This document shows positions 7,620 to 16,244 of a DNA stretch of 64,000 nt, piece after piece. Where the stretch lies: contig CAZJPJ010000001.1 of assembly GCA_964548205.1 (NCBI GenBank), positions 60,086 through 124,085 of the forward strand, in the 5' to 3' direction. Below the pieces are notes generated by a model. That model was not told the DNA's origin and made no database searches. It worked only from the letters and a program-made list of their open reading frames with translations. Every line of letters starts with the position of its first letter. The first letter of the stretch is position 1. Both the position numbers and the translations under genes were made by a program. The stretch is from an uncultured Candidatus Saccharibacteria bacterium. Its GTDB lineage: Bacteria > Patescibacteriota > Minisyncoccia > Phycocordibacterales > WO2-35-19.

Positions 7620-8777
7620 TTATAGCACCTTCTCTACCACTCCTCCTCCGAGGCATCTTTCGCCAGAATAAAATACCACTGATTGACCGCTTGCGAGGTC
7701 GCTCGCCTCGCTCTCGAACACGACGGTATCACCCGACAAGGTGCAAGGTATTTTATTCTGGCGATACCTGTATCTACATTCTATCTTTTTGTTCTCAATA
7801 TCTTTATCAAGCAGATTTATTTTTTCTAGTCTCGCAGAGTAATTTCCCAAAAAAAGTCCTCGGTTCTCCTCACTTGCTTCATGCGAGCTCGGAGTGACTT
7901 TCTTTTGAAAATTACTCTGCTCGCTGACTGTGATAGTATTTTTTTTGATATCTTTGTCTACTACATACATTGGAGTGCTCTGAGTATTTTTGTTTTCAAT
8001 CCGAAATCCGTGTCTTTCTCCTAGCGTGTAAAGTATTGCTCCATCGTGATCACCTATCACTTCCCCATCAGTGTTCAAAACTTGTCCTTTCTTGGGATTC
8101 AAATAATCCTTCAAAAATTCTTTCATATCGATCTGGCCTAGGAAACATAGGCCCTGACTATCTTTGCGAGTAGCTTGGGGTAAGCCAAACTTTGCTGCTA
8201 GTTTGCGCACTTCTTCTTTTTGTAAATGACCGATAGGAAAAAGAATATGGGAGAGTTGGTTTTGTGTGAGTGTCCAGAGGAAGTATGATTGGTCTTTGTT
8301 CTTATCTTTACTTTCCCATAATTCATAATTCATACTTCGTGATTCTGCACGAAGTGCATAGTGCCCCGTAGCTACGAAGTCAGCGCCATTCTCTAGTGCC
8401 CACTTCAAAAAGTGGCCGAACTTGATAGCCTTGTTGCACATGACGTCCGGATTTGGTGTCCGACCCGCTTTGTATTCGTCGAGCATGTAGTCGACCACTT
8501 CTTGTTTGTATTCCTTCTCTAGATCGAGTGACTTAAATGGTATGTCTAAGGTTGCCGCGGCGCGCATAGCGCTACGCCTGTCTTCTCTCCACGTGCATGT
8601 GTACCCAGGAGGATTCCACGCCTTTATAAAAACTCCTGTCACGTCAAAGCCCTCTTTCTTCAAAAGTGCCGCGCTGACTGCGCTATCTACTCCGCCCGAG
8701 AGTCCGACGAAAACCTTTTTAGCTTTTAGCTTCTGGCTTTTAGCTTCTAGGGTATTGATTACGGGTTGACTTTTCAT
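7620..8777 (-). CDS. mnmA: tRNA-specific 2-thiouridylase MnmA
   Basis: PP-loop SGGVDSAVSA plus the conserved C...C catalytic region and C-terminal barrel. Full length at 385 aa. Confidence 0.9.
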   Translation of the reverse strand: MKSQPVINTLEAKSQKLKAKKVFVGLSGGVDSAVSAALLKKEGFDVTGVFIKAWNPPGYTCTWREDRRSAMRAAATLDIPFKSLDLEKEYKQEVVDYMLDEYKAGRTPNPDVMCNKAIKFGHFLKWALENGADFVATGHYALRAESRSMNYELWESKDKNKDQSYFLWTLTQNQLSHILFPIGHLQKEEVRKLAAKFGLPQATRKDSQGLCFLGQIDMKEFLKDYLNPKKGQVLNTDGEVIGDHDGAILYTLGERHGFRIENKNTQSTPMYVVDKDIKKNTITVSEQSNFQKKVTPSSHEASEENRGLFLGNYSARLEKINLLDKDIENKKIECRYRYRQNKIPCTLSGDTVVFESEASDLASGQSVVFYSGERCLGGGVVEKVL

Positions 8778-8860
8778 ATATAAGTATTATAATACACTAG
8801 GAAGCCCAAGAGGGCAAATCGATCGATTCTAAATTGAAAGCGGAGAAGGAGAAGGAAATA

Positions 8861-9226
8861 ATGGAAGTCTCAACAAGGGTTGTTTTTGTTGCAAATCATG
8901 ATGCGAATCTTGCTGCCATATCTGTGGCCAGTGAGGTCGCAAAAGTGATCGCGAAGGCCCACCTAGAAATCGGGGTAGCCCTTGGTGGTGTGGTCGTGAT
9001 TAGAACTCATGACAATTTTACTTTTGCCTTTGAGAACATGTTGGCGCGGAGTGTAAGGGTGATCGTTAATGTAGAGCTATCCCCAGGATGCTCTACCGAA
9101 ACGGTTACGATCTGGGGGTACTATTCGGAAAGGGGCGTTTCTCTGGTCTACGAGGGTGGAGACGTTGTTTGTGGTTCTGGCCCATTCACCAACGCTGTTT
9201 TCAATCTTTTCAACATCCCAGCCTAA
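8861..9226 (+). CDS. hypothetical protein in GC-rich segment B; possibly GlcG/DUF336-like
   Basis: The ORF track gives 8834..9226; the ATG at 8861 follows GGAGAAGGAGAAGG. GVALGGVVVIRTHDNFTFAFENM and GGDVVCGSGP loosely resemble DUF336 (HbpS/GlcG) motifs. This is a weak call. Confidence 0.35.
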   Translation: MEVSTRVVFVANHDANLAAISVASEVAKVIAKAHLEIGVALGGVVVIRTHDNFTFAFENMLARSVRVIVNVELSPGCSTETVTIWGYYSERGVSLVYEGGDVVCGSGPFTNAVFNLFNIPA

Positions 9227-9240
9227 CCACGACCGACACC

Positions 9241-9275
9241 AAGCGGGCCCTCCTCCGTCGGGCCCGCTTTTTGAT
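9241..9275 (+). terminator. hairpin AAGCGGGCCC, 9-nt loop, GGGCCCGCTT, then TTTT
   Basis: 10-bp stem followed by TTTTGATATT. Confidence 0.65.
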
Positions 9276-9289
9276 ATTCACATTTTATC

Positions 9290-9387
9290 TTGACTTTTTT
9301 TTCCACCAAGTTATATTAGAGGAGAACGGTACTTTTAACACTCCTCCTAGGGGGCCACGATTCGCATCCGTGGCCCTCCATTTTTTT
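9290..9387 (+). ncRNA. candidate small RNA: promoter TTGACT, 16-nt spacer, TATATT, then about 65 nt with two hairpins and a T7 run
   Basis: After the -10 element come GAGGAG...CTCCTC (6-bp stem), then GGGGCCACG, loop attcgcatc, CGTGGCCC, then TCCATTTTTTT. There is no credible ORF. It converges on the mltG 3' end. Confidence 0.3.
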
Positions 9388-10516
9388 ATCTCAAATAATT
9401 CTCCCTATTGCTCTGATGACCGTCGAAGTTTTTGGCATAGTATGTATTGCCATATTTGTCTGACATAAAAAATAAGTATTCAGAGTTGGTCGGAGCGATA
9501 GCTGCTCGAAGAGAGTCGATCCCAGGGTTTGTGATGGCGGTGGGCGGTAGCCCTTTGTTTACATAAGTGTTGTAAGGGTGGTCTTCTCCCAAATCTTCTT
9601 TAGTCAAAGTATAAGAGTGTTTGCCGTTGTAGTAGCGGAAAGGGGCATCTACTTGTAGAGGCATATCTATCTTCATACGCTTCCATAGTATTCCAGATAT
9701 CAGTCTCTTCGATTCCAGAGTATTACCTTCTCCTTCTATTATTGAAGCCATGATGACGAGCTCTTCGAGTGGTCGCCCTGATTTCAAAATATCTTCTTCA
9801 TATGTCTTTATCTGCCGCGCAAAGTTTTCTCTCATAGCCAGTATCACATCGTCTGGTTTTGTATTCGGCATGAAGAAGTATGTATCAGGAAAAAGATATC
9901 CTTCATGGTTTCCATTTTCTACATCCCGAATAAATTCATTTGCATCAAAGGCTGGCAATGTTTCTTGAAGTAGTTTGGCAATGTCGATAGAAGAAGAACC
10001 TTCAAATATAGTCACTCTTATGGGTATGAGCCCGAATTCTCCCTTGTGTAGTGTTCTCACTACTTTGAATATCGAAACTTTGTTTGGGAAAAAATAATCC
10101 CCCGCTATCACCCTCCTCTCTCCTCCGGTTAAAAGTATGAAGAATTTTAACCAAAAACTTGATCTGACGATTTTTTGGTTTTGAAAATGATCTGCAATCT
10201 GCGACAATGTTTCACCTCGGTCTACCTCTACAAGTGCTTGGTCTGGAAAGTCTCTTGGGGCACTCCAAGAAAAGATATAGAAGCTTATGAAAAAGGATAA
10301 AATTAGTACAAAGCTCCCTATTATCCTCAGAAAGTATCTGCTTAGTAGTGGGCTGTAGCGCATTATTGATACGCGCCAGATAATGATGCGAGGGTGTATA
10401 ACTAACGCATCTCTCAGATAAGATATTTCAAATCTAATAAATTTCAAAAATTCTACTGATCTATAAAATATAAATCTGAGAAAAGTAATAATTTTTGCTA
10501 AAAAATTTCTAAGCAT
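9386..10516 (-). CDS. mltG: endolytic murein transglycosylase MltG (YceG family)
   Basis: N-terminal TM segment; YLFPDTYFF, LVIMASIIEGE and LQVDAPFRY are YceG signatures. An alternative start Met at 10363 (MRYSPLLS) would give about 325 aa. Confidence 0.8.
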   Translation of the reverse strand: MLRNFLAKIITFLRFIFYRSVEFLKFIRFEISYLRDALVIHPRIIIWRVSIMRYSPLLSRYFLRIIGSFVLILSFFISFYIFSWSAPRDFPDQALVEVDRGETLSQIADHFQNQKIVRSSFWLKFFILLTGGERRVIAGDYFFPNKVSIFKVVRTLHKGEFGLIPIRVTIFEGSSSIDIAKLLQETLPAFDANEFIRDVENGNHEGYLFPDTYFFMPNTKPDDVILAMRENFARQIKTYEEDILKSGRPLEELVIMASIIEGEGNTLESKRLISGILWKRMKIDMPLQVDAPFRYYNGKHSYTLTKEDLGEDHPYNTYVNKGLPPTAITNPGIDSLRAAIAPTNSEYLFFMSDKYGNTYYAKNFDGHQSNRENYLR

Positions 10517-10517
10517 C

Positions 10518-11744
10518 TTATGTAGGTAAGTTTGAAGGAGCCTCCACTTTTCTGGAAGGTACTCTATCTAGGGTAGGAGTGGTAGCTACAGCACCCGGTA
10601 GGTGGAAGATCGTAGCAAGCTCCTCACTGTTTAGTACAAATGGTTTGCTATAGAACCATTTACCCATATAAGGTGAGAAGAAAAACCTACGAAGCTTATA
10701 CTCTTGCATAATCATTTTCGAGAGCTCTCCCTTATCTGTTTTCCACCAATCTTTCCATGGGTTGCTGAAAGTGGAGTGCCACCCAGCAGATTTGAAGCCA
10801 TTGTATCCAAGGGCAGCATATTGTTTGAAACTCCCCAACAGTCCTCCTAGGTATACAGAATCAAATATTTCTTTTGGCGCAAAATACAAAGAACGTATGG
10901 ATACATCAAACGGAATTTTGCCTATACTTCTCTCGAGGGCAGAGATCCTATTCTTTTCCCCTTCTGTGGGTTGTCGTACAGAGCCTTCTTCCGGTCTGAA
11001 TTCCTTTATGATTTTGGTTATTTGTTCTCTGGCCTCATCTTCCCATGCGTCAGTAGTTTCAAACCAAGTCCCTGGTTTCCTCTGTTCTTTCTTGTGTGCT
11101 CTGACGATGATCTGGATCCATACATTGTGACCTTTGGTCAATGAACCCAAGAACTCTAGTTGGCTAGTCATCGGGTCGATCTTAAACTCTTCGTCTGGGT
11201 CTTTGTCCAAGCCATAGTCTACATATGTACTAATCGGCCACGGATCTGCTTGGTCCAGTTTCCACTGACACCCAAACATCTCATGTTGATTTGGGTCAAA
11301 ATAAAAATCTTTCGTATAGTCTTCTACTTGGTGTATCTCTATGCCTGGATACTGAGAATACAGATGGGCTTCTATACCATTTTTGTACTTTTTTCTAGCC
11401 CAAATATAAAACTTTATCTCCCCTCCGATAGATACTATCTCGAGTGAAAACCATGACCGTGTCTGGCCTCTCCAATATTTCCAGTACCAGTTGCCTTCAT
11501 CAGCAGTTTGGTGTAGTTGGTTTAGGACTAACTCCATTGCCAAGGGCGACTTGCTTACGTTTTGTGGAAGTTTTATCTCAAGTAAAACAGAGCCAAGTTT
11601 GTTCCAGTAAGCTTCTCTACGAAACCTAAGCCAAGCCTTAAATGCTGTGGTGAGAAAGAGTATTGGTAAGAAAATCGGTAAAGCATCTACCACATAACCC
11701 AGTGATTTGATGATGTTTTGCAAGAGGTCAGTATTTCCGAACAT
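10518..11744 (-). CDS. hypothetical protein with an N-terminal TM anchor and Trp-rich sequence (408 aa)
   Basis: No recognised motif. It abuts mltG with a 1-bp gap. Confidence 0.5.
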   Translation of the reverse strand: MFGNTDLLQNIIKSLGYVVDALPIFLPILFLTTAFKAWLRFRREAYWNKLGSVLLEIKLPQNVSKSPLAMELVLNQLHQTADEGNWYWKYWRGQTRSWFSLEIVSIGGEIKFYIWARKKYKNGIEAHLYSQYPGIEIHQVEDYTKDFYFDPNQHEMFGCQWKLDQADPWPISTYVDYGLDKDPDEEFKIDPMTSQLEFLGSLTKGHNVWIQIIVRAHKKEQRKPGTWFETTDAWEDEAREQITKIIKEFRPEEGSVRQPTEGEKNRISALERSIGKIPFDVSIRSLYFAPKEIFDSVYLGGLLGSFKQYAALGYNGFKSAGWHSTFSNPWKDWWKTDKGELSKMIMQEYKLRRFFFSPYMGKWFYSKPFVLNSEELATIFHLPGAVATTPTLDRVPSRKVEAPSNLPT

Positions 11745-11826
11745 GGCAGAATTATATCATAAGAAAAATACCGACGTTAATCTTTGGATTCAAAAATTAG
11801 GTGCCGGTGCTTTTCTTAGAAACAAA

Positions 11827-12900
11827 TTAGACCACTGTATATAATCCTTGCTTATTTTTCTTGAAGTATTTTGGATTTTGCAGGTTTACTAGTATGGTGT
11901 TTTCTTTTACATAGCGTTCTTTGAGCACGTTTTTCATGATGTCTTCCTTAGAAAGTGGTCCGTGTTTCTTTATTATATCCGCTATCACTTCTCGTACTAC
12001 ACCAGTCTTATAACCCCATTCTTTCAGAGCATAAAGACCTCGTCCTACAAGTACAAATCTAGAATCTTTGATAAGTTCGTTGTGAGTAGTAGCTACATGA
12101 GCCTTCTTTTTAAATATTTGAGTTATTAGTTTGGCTACTTCTCTGAAATGTATCGGAGAACCATGTTGTCTTAGTATCAAGTAAGCATAATCCCTAACTC
12201 CTTTTGTTTTGATATTTGAGGACTTGGATTTGCCCCATTCGCCCAGAGGATTTTTGGCTATGTTTTTAGAAATAGAAAGCCAACGTGTTAGTATTTCGTC
12301 TTGTTTATAATCTTCAGATACGTCCTTCAAGTGGTCTAGAAAATTCGACACCATATCAGACTCTGGGATAATTTCATCGTCATCTAGTTTTGAGTACATG
12401 TTTTTGAGAGCGTCATGTATTCTGTCTGAGAGCTCTTTGTCTATATGCCATCTATGGTGGTAGTCGGTGTCCTCTTTTAGCTTGTGAAATTCGTCTCCTA
12501 CTACAAGGATAAAGTGGATATATTTCTTTGTAGTTTTTTCTTTGGAGAGTAAGTTTAAAAGCTCTTCTTCAGATACTATACTACCCATCTCCTTAATCAC
12601 TCCTTTCAATTCAGCAAAAACTCCCTCTTCTTTTTTATAGTTTTCAGACTTTCTTATGTGATTTATGGCATAATTTTCTATCTGTCTAACTCGCTCTCTT
12701 GTTATGCCGTATTTTTTGCCGATAGCTTCAAGGGTCATATCTTCTCCAGTCTGATTTAGGCCAAAACGTCCGGAAATAACATCCTGAGCCCTAGCAGGCA
12801 ATGATGCCAAAAGGCGCTTTACAACCTGCTTTGGATTGAAGCTCAGAGTATATACTTTTGCTTTGTTTTCGCTCTTCTTCATAATTAAATTAGACCACAA
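11827..12900 (-). CDS. sigma-70 region-4 domain protein with a C-terminal HARE-HTH-like winged helix
   Basis: N-terminus LEAIGKKYGITRERVRQIENYAINHIRK is sigma70 region 4. C-terminus DYAYLILRQHGSPIHFREVAKLI...GRGLYALKEW resembles HARE-HTH (RpoE-delta/Mrr N-terminal type). Confidence 0.5.
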   Translation of the reverse strand: MWSNLIMKKSENKAKVYTLSFNPKQVVKRLLASLPARAQDVISGRFGLNQTGEDMTLEAIGKKYGITRERVRQIENYAINHIRKSENYKKEEGVFAELKGVIKEMGSIVSEEELLNLLSKEKTTKKYIHFILVVGDEFHKLKEDTDYHHRWHIDKELSDRIHDALKNMYSKLDDDEIIPESDMVSNFLDHLKDVSEDYKQDEILTRWLSISKNIAKNPLGEWGKSKSSNIKTKGVRDYAYLILRQHGSPIHFREVAKLITQIFKKKAHVATTHNELIKDSRFVLVGRGLYALKEWGYKTGVVREVIADIIKKHGPLSKEDIMKNVLKERYVKENTILVNLQNPKYFKKNKQGLYTVV

Positions 12901-12962
12901 TATTATACCATATTTAATAGTCTACACAATATCATAGTCCCAAATATTGTCAAATTTAGATA

Positions 12963-15900
12963 TTAAGCCACTATATTTAGGAGCTTGTTTGGGACAAAGA
13001 TAACTTTTTTTATATCCCTGTCCCCTATCCACTTTTGGATTTCGGGCAGAGATAGAGCTTTTTCTTTTGCTGTACTTTCGTCGATATTTGCTTCTGCTTC
13101 GAAGCTGGCTCTAACTTTGCTGTTGACTTGTACGACGATAGTTACTTTTTCTTCTTTGATTTTATTTTCATCATACTCTGGCCACTTTTCTAAATGTATG
13201 GACGTCTTATTTCCTATGTCGGATTTATCCCGCGAAGCCTCGGCGAAGTGGGACCAAAGCTCTTCTGTGATATGAGGGGCAAAGGGGCCTAAAATTTTTA
13301 AGAATTTTTCAAAATCTTCTCTTTCAACTTGCGTCTTTCCACTTTCCAACTCATTTACATATATCATCATTGCTGATATGGCAGTATTGAATTTGTAGTT
13401 TTCTATATCCTCAGTAACTTTCTTGATAGTTTTGTGAAGCAAGGTTTCAAGTTTGGTGTTTTTTTCATCAGAGTTTATTTGTGATTTAGAGTTTGGTTCT
13501 TGTAAATTGATTCCAATTCTCCACACTCTCTCCAAAAACCTCCTAACTCCTGCTATGCCTCCAAGGTCCCAAGGGTATTGCCCCACTTCGTTGTATGGAC
13601 CTATGAAAGCAAGATAAAGTCTGACTGTATCTGCTCCTACTTTTGAAACCCATTCATCCGGATCGATGACATTGCCTTTGCTCTTACTCATCTTTTGCCC
13701 ATCTGGTCCGAGTATCAAGCCTCTGTTCATCCTGATTTTGTATGGCTCGCTTTCTTGTACCAAACCCATGTCGAAAAGGGCTTTGTGGAAAAATCTTGAA
13801 TAAAGCAAGTGCATAGTAGTATGCTCGGCTCCGCCTGAGTATCTATCTACAGGCATCCAAGATTTGATTTTGTTTTCTATTTCTCTATTTTCAAATTGTT
13901 TGGAAATCGGAGCTTGAGACTTGAGATTTTCGCGTATGCAATAAGCGAGAAAATACCAAGACGAGTCGACAAACGTATCCATAGTATCGAGTTCGGGTTT
14001 CCAACCTTTACCAAATATTTTTTCAGTTTTTTCTACCAACTCTTTCGAGCTACCAAGTGGTGAAGTCCCCTTAGGTAAAAAGTCTATATTGTCCTCTGGT
14101 AAGAGCCAAGGCAGATGCTCTTCTGGTATCGGGTGTGGCTGGCCTTCTGTATCATAGACCATAGGTATAGGGCAGCCCCAATATCTCTGTCTGCTTAGTA
14201 ACCAGTCTCTCAGTTTGTATTTGGTCACTTTTTGTCCGTACTTTTCTGCGATTTTATCTCGGGCTTGTACTGACGTCATTCTTGTAAATTCTTTGGAATC
14301 AAACAGCACCCCTTCTTCTACAAAAGCTTTTTCTTCAGAATTTAGATTTTCCAAAATCAGAGACATCTCGCTATGAGTCATGTCCTTCTGTTTTATACCT
14401 GTCAGATCTCTCCATTCCAATTCATGTATTTCTGATTCTTCGGCTGAAAGTTCGTCTTGTTCTTCGTCTGTTAGTTCAAAAAGTAAGTTTCTTGTGTGAG
14501 CGATCCTGTTTACATCCTTATGAGCGGCAAAAAATTCAGATTGTGCAATACCGAGTTTTTTTACAAATCTAAAATTTTTGTAACCGGTCTCTTCTTTTAT
14601 TTCTCTCTCAGCCGCTTCTATTTCTGTTTCGCCTTCTTCTATGCCCCCCATCACAAAGGTGACCCAAGGATGCTTTTTCCATTTCAAACACAAGTATTTG
14701 TCAGTTTTTGGATTTCTCACTACCACTATCACTGCATCCCTAAAGATAGTTTCCTTGCCTTCTCTGTGAGGGTTCCTTGGGTCGGGCATTTTTTGGATAA
14801 CCACGCTTTTTGTTGGTAAGTTGTATTTCTTTGCAAAAGTAAAATCACGCTCATCGTGGGCTGGTACGGCCATGACAGCTCCAGTGCCGTAGTTGCCTAG
14901 GACATAATCTGCTACCCATACTGGCAACTCTTCTCCTGTGGCAGGGTGGATGGCCTTGATACCCTTTAGTTCCACTCCAGTCTTTTGCTTTTTGGCATCA
15001 GTTCTTTCTATTTCTGTTTTACTTTTTGTCTCGTTTAAATAATTTTGGATTTCTTGCTTATTTGTAATTTGCGATTTGGAATTTGTGATTTCTTGTTGCA
15101 GCCATTCATTTTCTGGCGCAATCACAATATATGTAACTCCAAAGAGAGTATCGGCTCGTGTTGTGAAGACCTTGACTTCCCCCTGAAAGCTAGAAGCTAG
15201 AAGCTTAAAGCTAATTTCTGCTCCGCTACTTTTCCCTATCCAATTTCTCTGGGTGTCTTTGATCGGTTCAGGCCAGTCTAGGTTTTCCAAGTCGGAAAGA
15301 AGCCTCTCGGCATAATCAGTGATTTTGAAAAACCATTGCTCCAGATCTTTTTGGACCACTTCGCTTCCGCACCTTTCGCACTCACCACTTACCACCTGTT
15401 CGTTTGCAAGTACAGTCTGATCATTCGGGCACCAGTTGACCTTGGCTTTCTTTTTATAAACCAGACCTCTTTTATAAAACTCCAAGAAGAGCCATTGGGT
15501 CCACCGGTAATATTCTGGATCAGAAGTGACAACTTTGCGTGACCAGTCGAAGGAGTTGCCCATGCTCATGAGCTGCTTCTCCATATGAGCAATGTTTTCG
15601 TAAGTCCATTTTTTAGGATCGATGTTTCTCTTTATGGCGGCATTTTCTGCTGGTAGGCCGAACGCGTCGAAACCTATGGGGAATAAGACATTGTGCCCCT
15701 GCATCCTTTTTGCTCGTGCAAAAATATCTGGCACTGCAAAGGCGTACCAGTGGCCTATGTGCAAATTGCCGGATGGGTATGGGAATTCTACAAGAGTATA
15801 AAAATTGTCCCTACCCTTCACTTCATCAGCGACTTCGTAAAGATTGTTTTTTTTCCAGATTTCTTGCCACTTCGCTTCTATCGTTCTATGATCATAAATT

Positions 15901-15980
15901 TCTTTTGCTTGCCCGTCCGAAGCTTTAGCGGAGGCGGGCCACTTCCCCTCTATCTCTTTGTGATCATAATTTTTTTCCAT
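12963..15980 (-). CDS. leuS: leucine--tRNA ligase with an inserted NUDIX-box domain
   Basis: HIGH motif (NLHIGHWYAF), editing-domain motif TTRADTLFGVT, KMSKS motif (QKMSKSKGNVIDP), and 1005 aa in total. Residues around 395-550 carry the NUDIX box GGIEEGETEIEAAEREIKEETGY. Confidence 0.9.
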   Translation of the reverse strand: MEKNYDHKEIEGKWPASAKASDGQAKEIYDHRTIEAKWQEIWKKNNLYEVADEVKGRDNFYTLVEFPYPSGNLHIGHWYAFAVPDIFARAKRMQGHNVLFPIGFDAFGLPAENAAIKRNIDPKKWTYENIAHMEKQLMSMGNSFDWSRKVVTSDPEYYRWTQWLFLEFYKRGLVYKKKAKVNWCPNDQTVLANEQVVSGECERCGSEVVQKDLEQWFFKITDYAERLLSDLENLDWPEPIKDTQRNWIGKSSGAEISFKLLASSFQGEVKVFTTRADTLFGVTYIVIAPENEWLQQEITNSKSQITNKQEIQNYLNETKSKTEIERTDAKKQKTGVELKGIKAIHPATGEELPVWVADYVLGNYGTGAVMAVPAHDERDFTFAKKYNLPTKSVVIQKMPDPRNPHREGKETIFRDAVIVVVRNPKTDKYLCLKWKKHPWVTFVMGGIEEGETEIEAAEREIKEETGYKNFRFVKKLGIAQSEFFAAHKDVNRIAHTRNLLFELTDEEQDELSAEESEIHELEWRDLTGIKQKDMTHSEMSLILENLNSEEKAFVEEGVLFDSKEFTRMTSVQARDKIAEKYGQKVTKYKLRDWLLSRQRYWGCPIPMVYDTEGQPHPIPEEHLPWLLPEDNIDFLPKGTSPLGSSKELVEKTEKIFGKGWKPELDTMDTFVDSSWYFLAYCIRENLKSQAPISKQFENREIENKIKSWMPVDRYSGGAEHTTMHLLYSRFFHKALFDMGLVQESEPYKIRMNRGLILGPDGQKMSKSKGNVIDPDEWVSKVGADTVRLYLAFIGPYNEVGQYPWDLGGIAGVRRFLERVWRIGINLQEPNSKSQINSDEKNTKLETLLHKTIKKVTEDIENYKFNTAISAMMIYVNELESGKTQVEREDFEKFLKILGPFAPHITEELWSHFAEASRDKSDIGNKTSIHLEKWPEYDENKIKEEKVTIVVQVNSKVRASFEAEANIDESTAKEKALSLPEIQKWIGDRDIKKVIFVPNKLLNIVA

Positions 15981-16035
15981 TGATCAAAATATACAATAAA
16001 AAATGATTTTTTCATAACCACCAGAATGCTTTTTG

Positions 16036-16085
16036 ACAGAAAAAAGCCCAACGGCTCAAATACCTGTATTTGAGCCGTTGGGCTA
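16036..16085 (-). terminator. 19-bp perfect stem AGCCCAACGGCTCAAATAC, loop ctg, GTATTTGAGCCGTTGGGCT, with a T6 run on the minus strand; lies in the leuS 5' leader
   Basis: It sits 55 nt upstream of the leuS start. Further upstream, GAACGGCTCA repeats part of the 5' stem half and could form an alternative antiterminator pairing. Confidence 0.5.
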
Positions 16086-16145
16086 GAGGCTGTGAGCCGT
16101 TCGATAGACTCACGATAAACCGCTAAATTTGACTCATGATTAAGC

Positions 16146-16174
16146 AATATTGTGAAGTACGGCACAATATTGAC
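16146..16174. promoter_or_regulatory. 10-bp perfect inverted repeat CAATATTGTG, 9-nt spacer, CACAATATTG, overlapping the -35 of the NfeD operon promoter
   Basis: Read directly. It lies in the divergent region between the leuS leader and the nfeD promoter. Confidence 0.4.
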
Positions 16175-16198
16175 AAAAAACCTATATGTACTATAATT
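16171..16198 (+). promoter_or_regulatory. consensus sigma70 promoter: TTGACA, 16-nt spacer, TATAAT; SD AAGGAG 6 nt before the ATG at 16245
   Basis: Exact hexamers read from the sequence. Confidence 0.55.
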
Positions 16199-16244
16199 GT
16201 GACCAGACCTGGAAACAGGAATTGTAGTTTAACAAGGAGTAAGA

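Noticed and set aside
9088-9468. 126-aa + strand ORF spanning the segment B terminator and the candidate sRNA
   Set aside because: It runs through two intrinsic terminator hairpins and overlaps the mltG 3' end; there is no RBS or motif.
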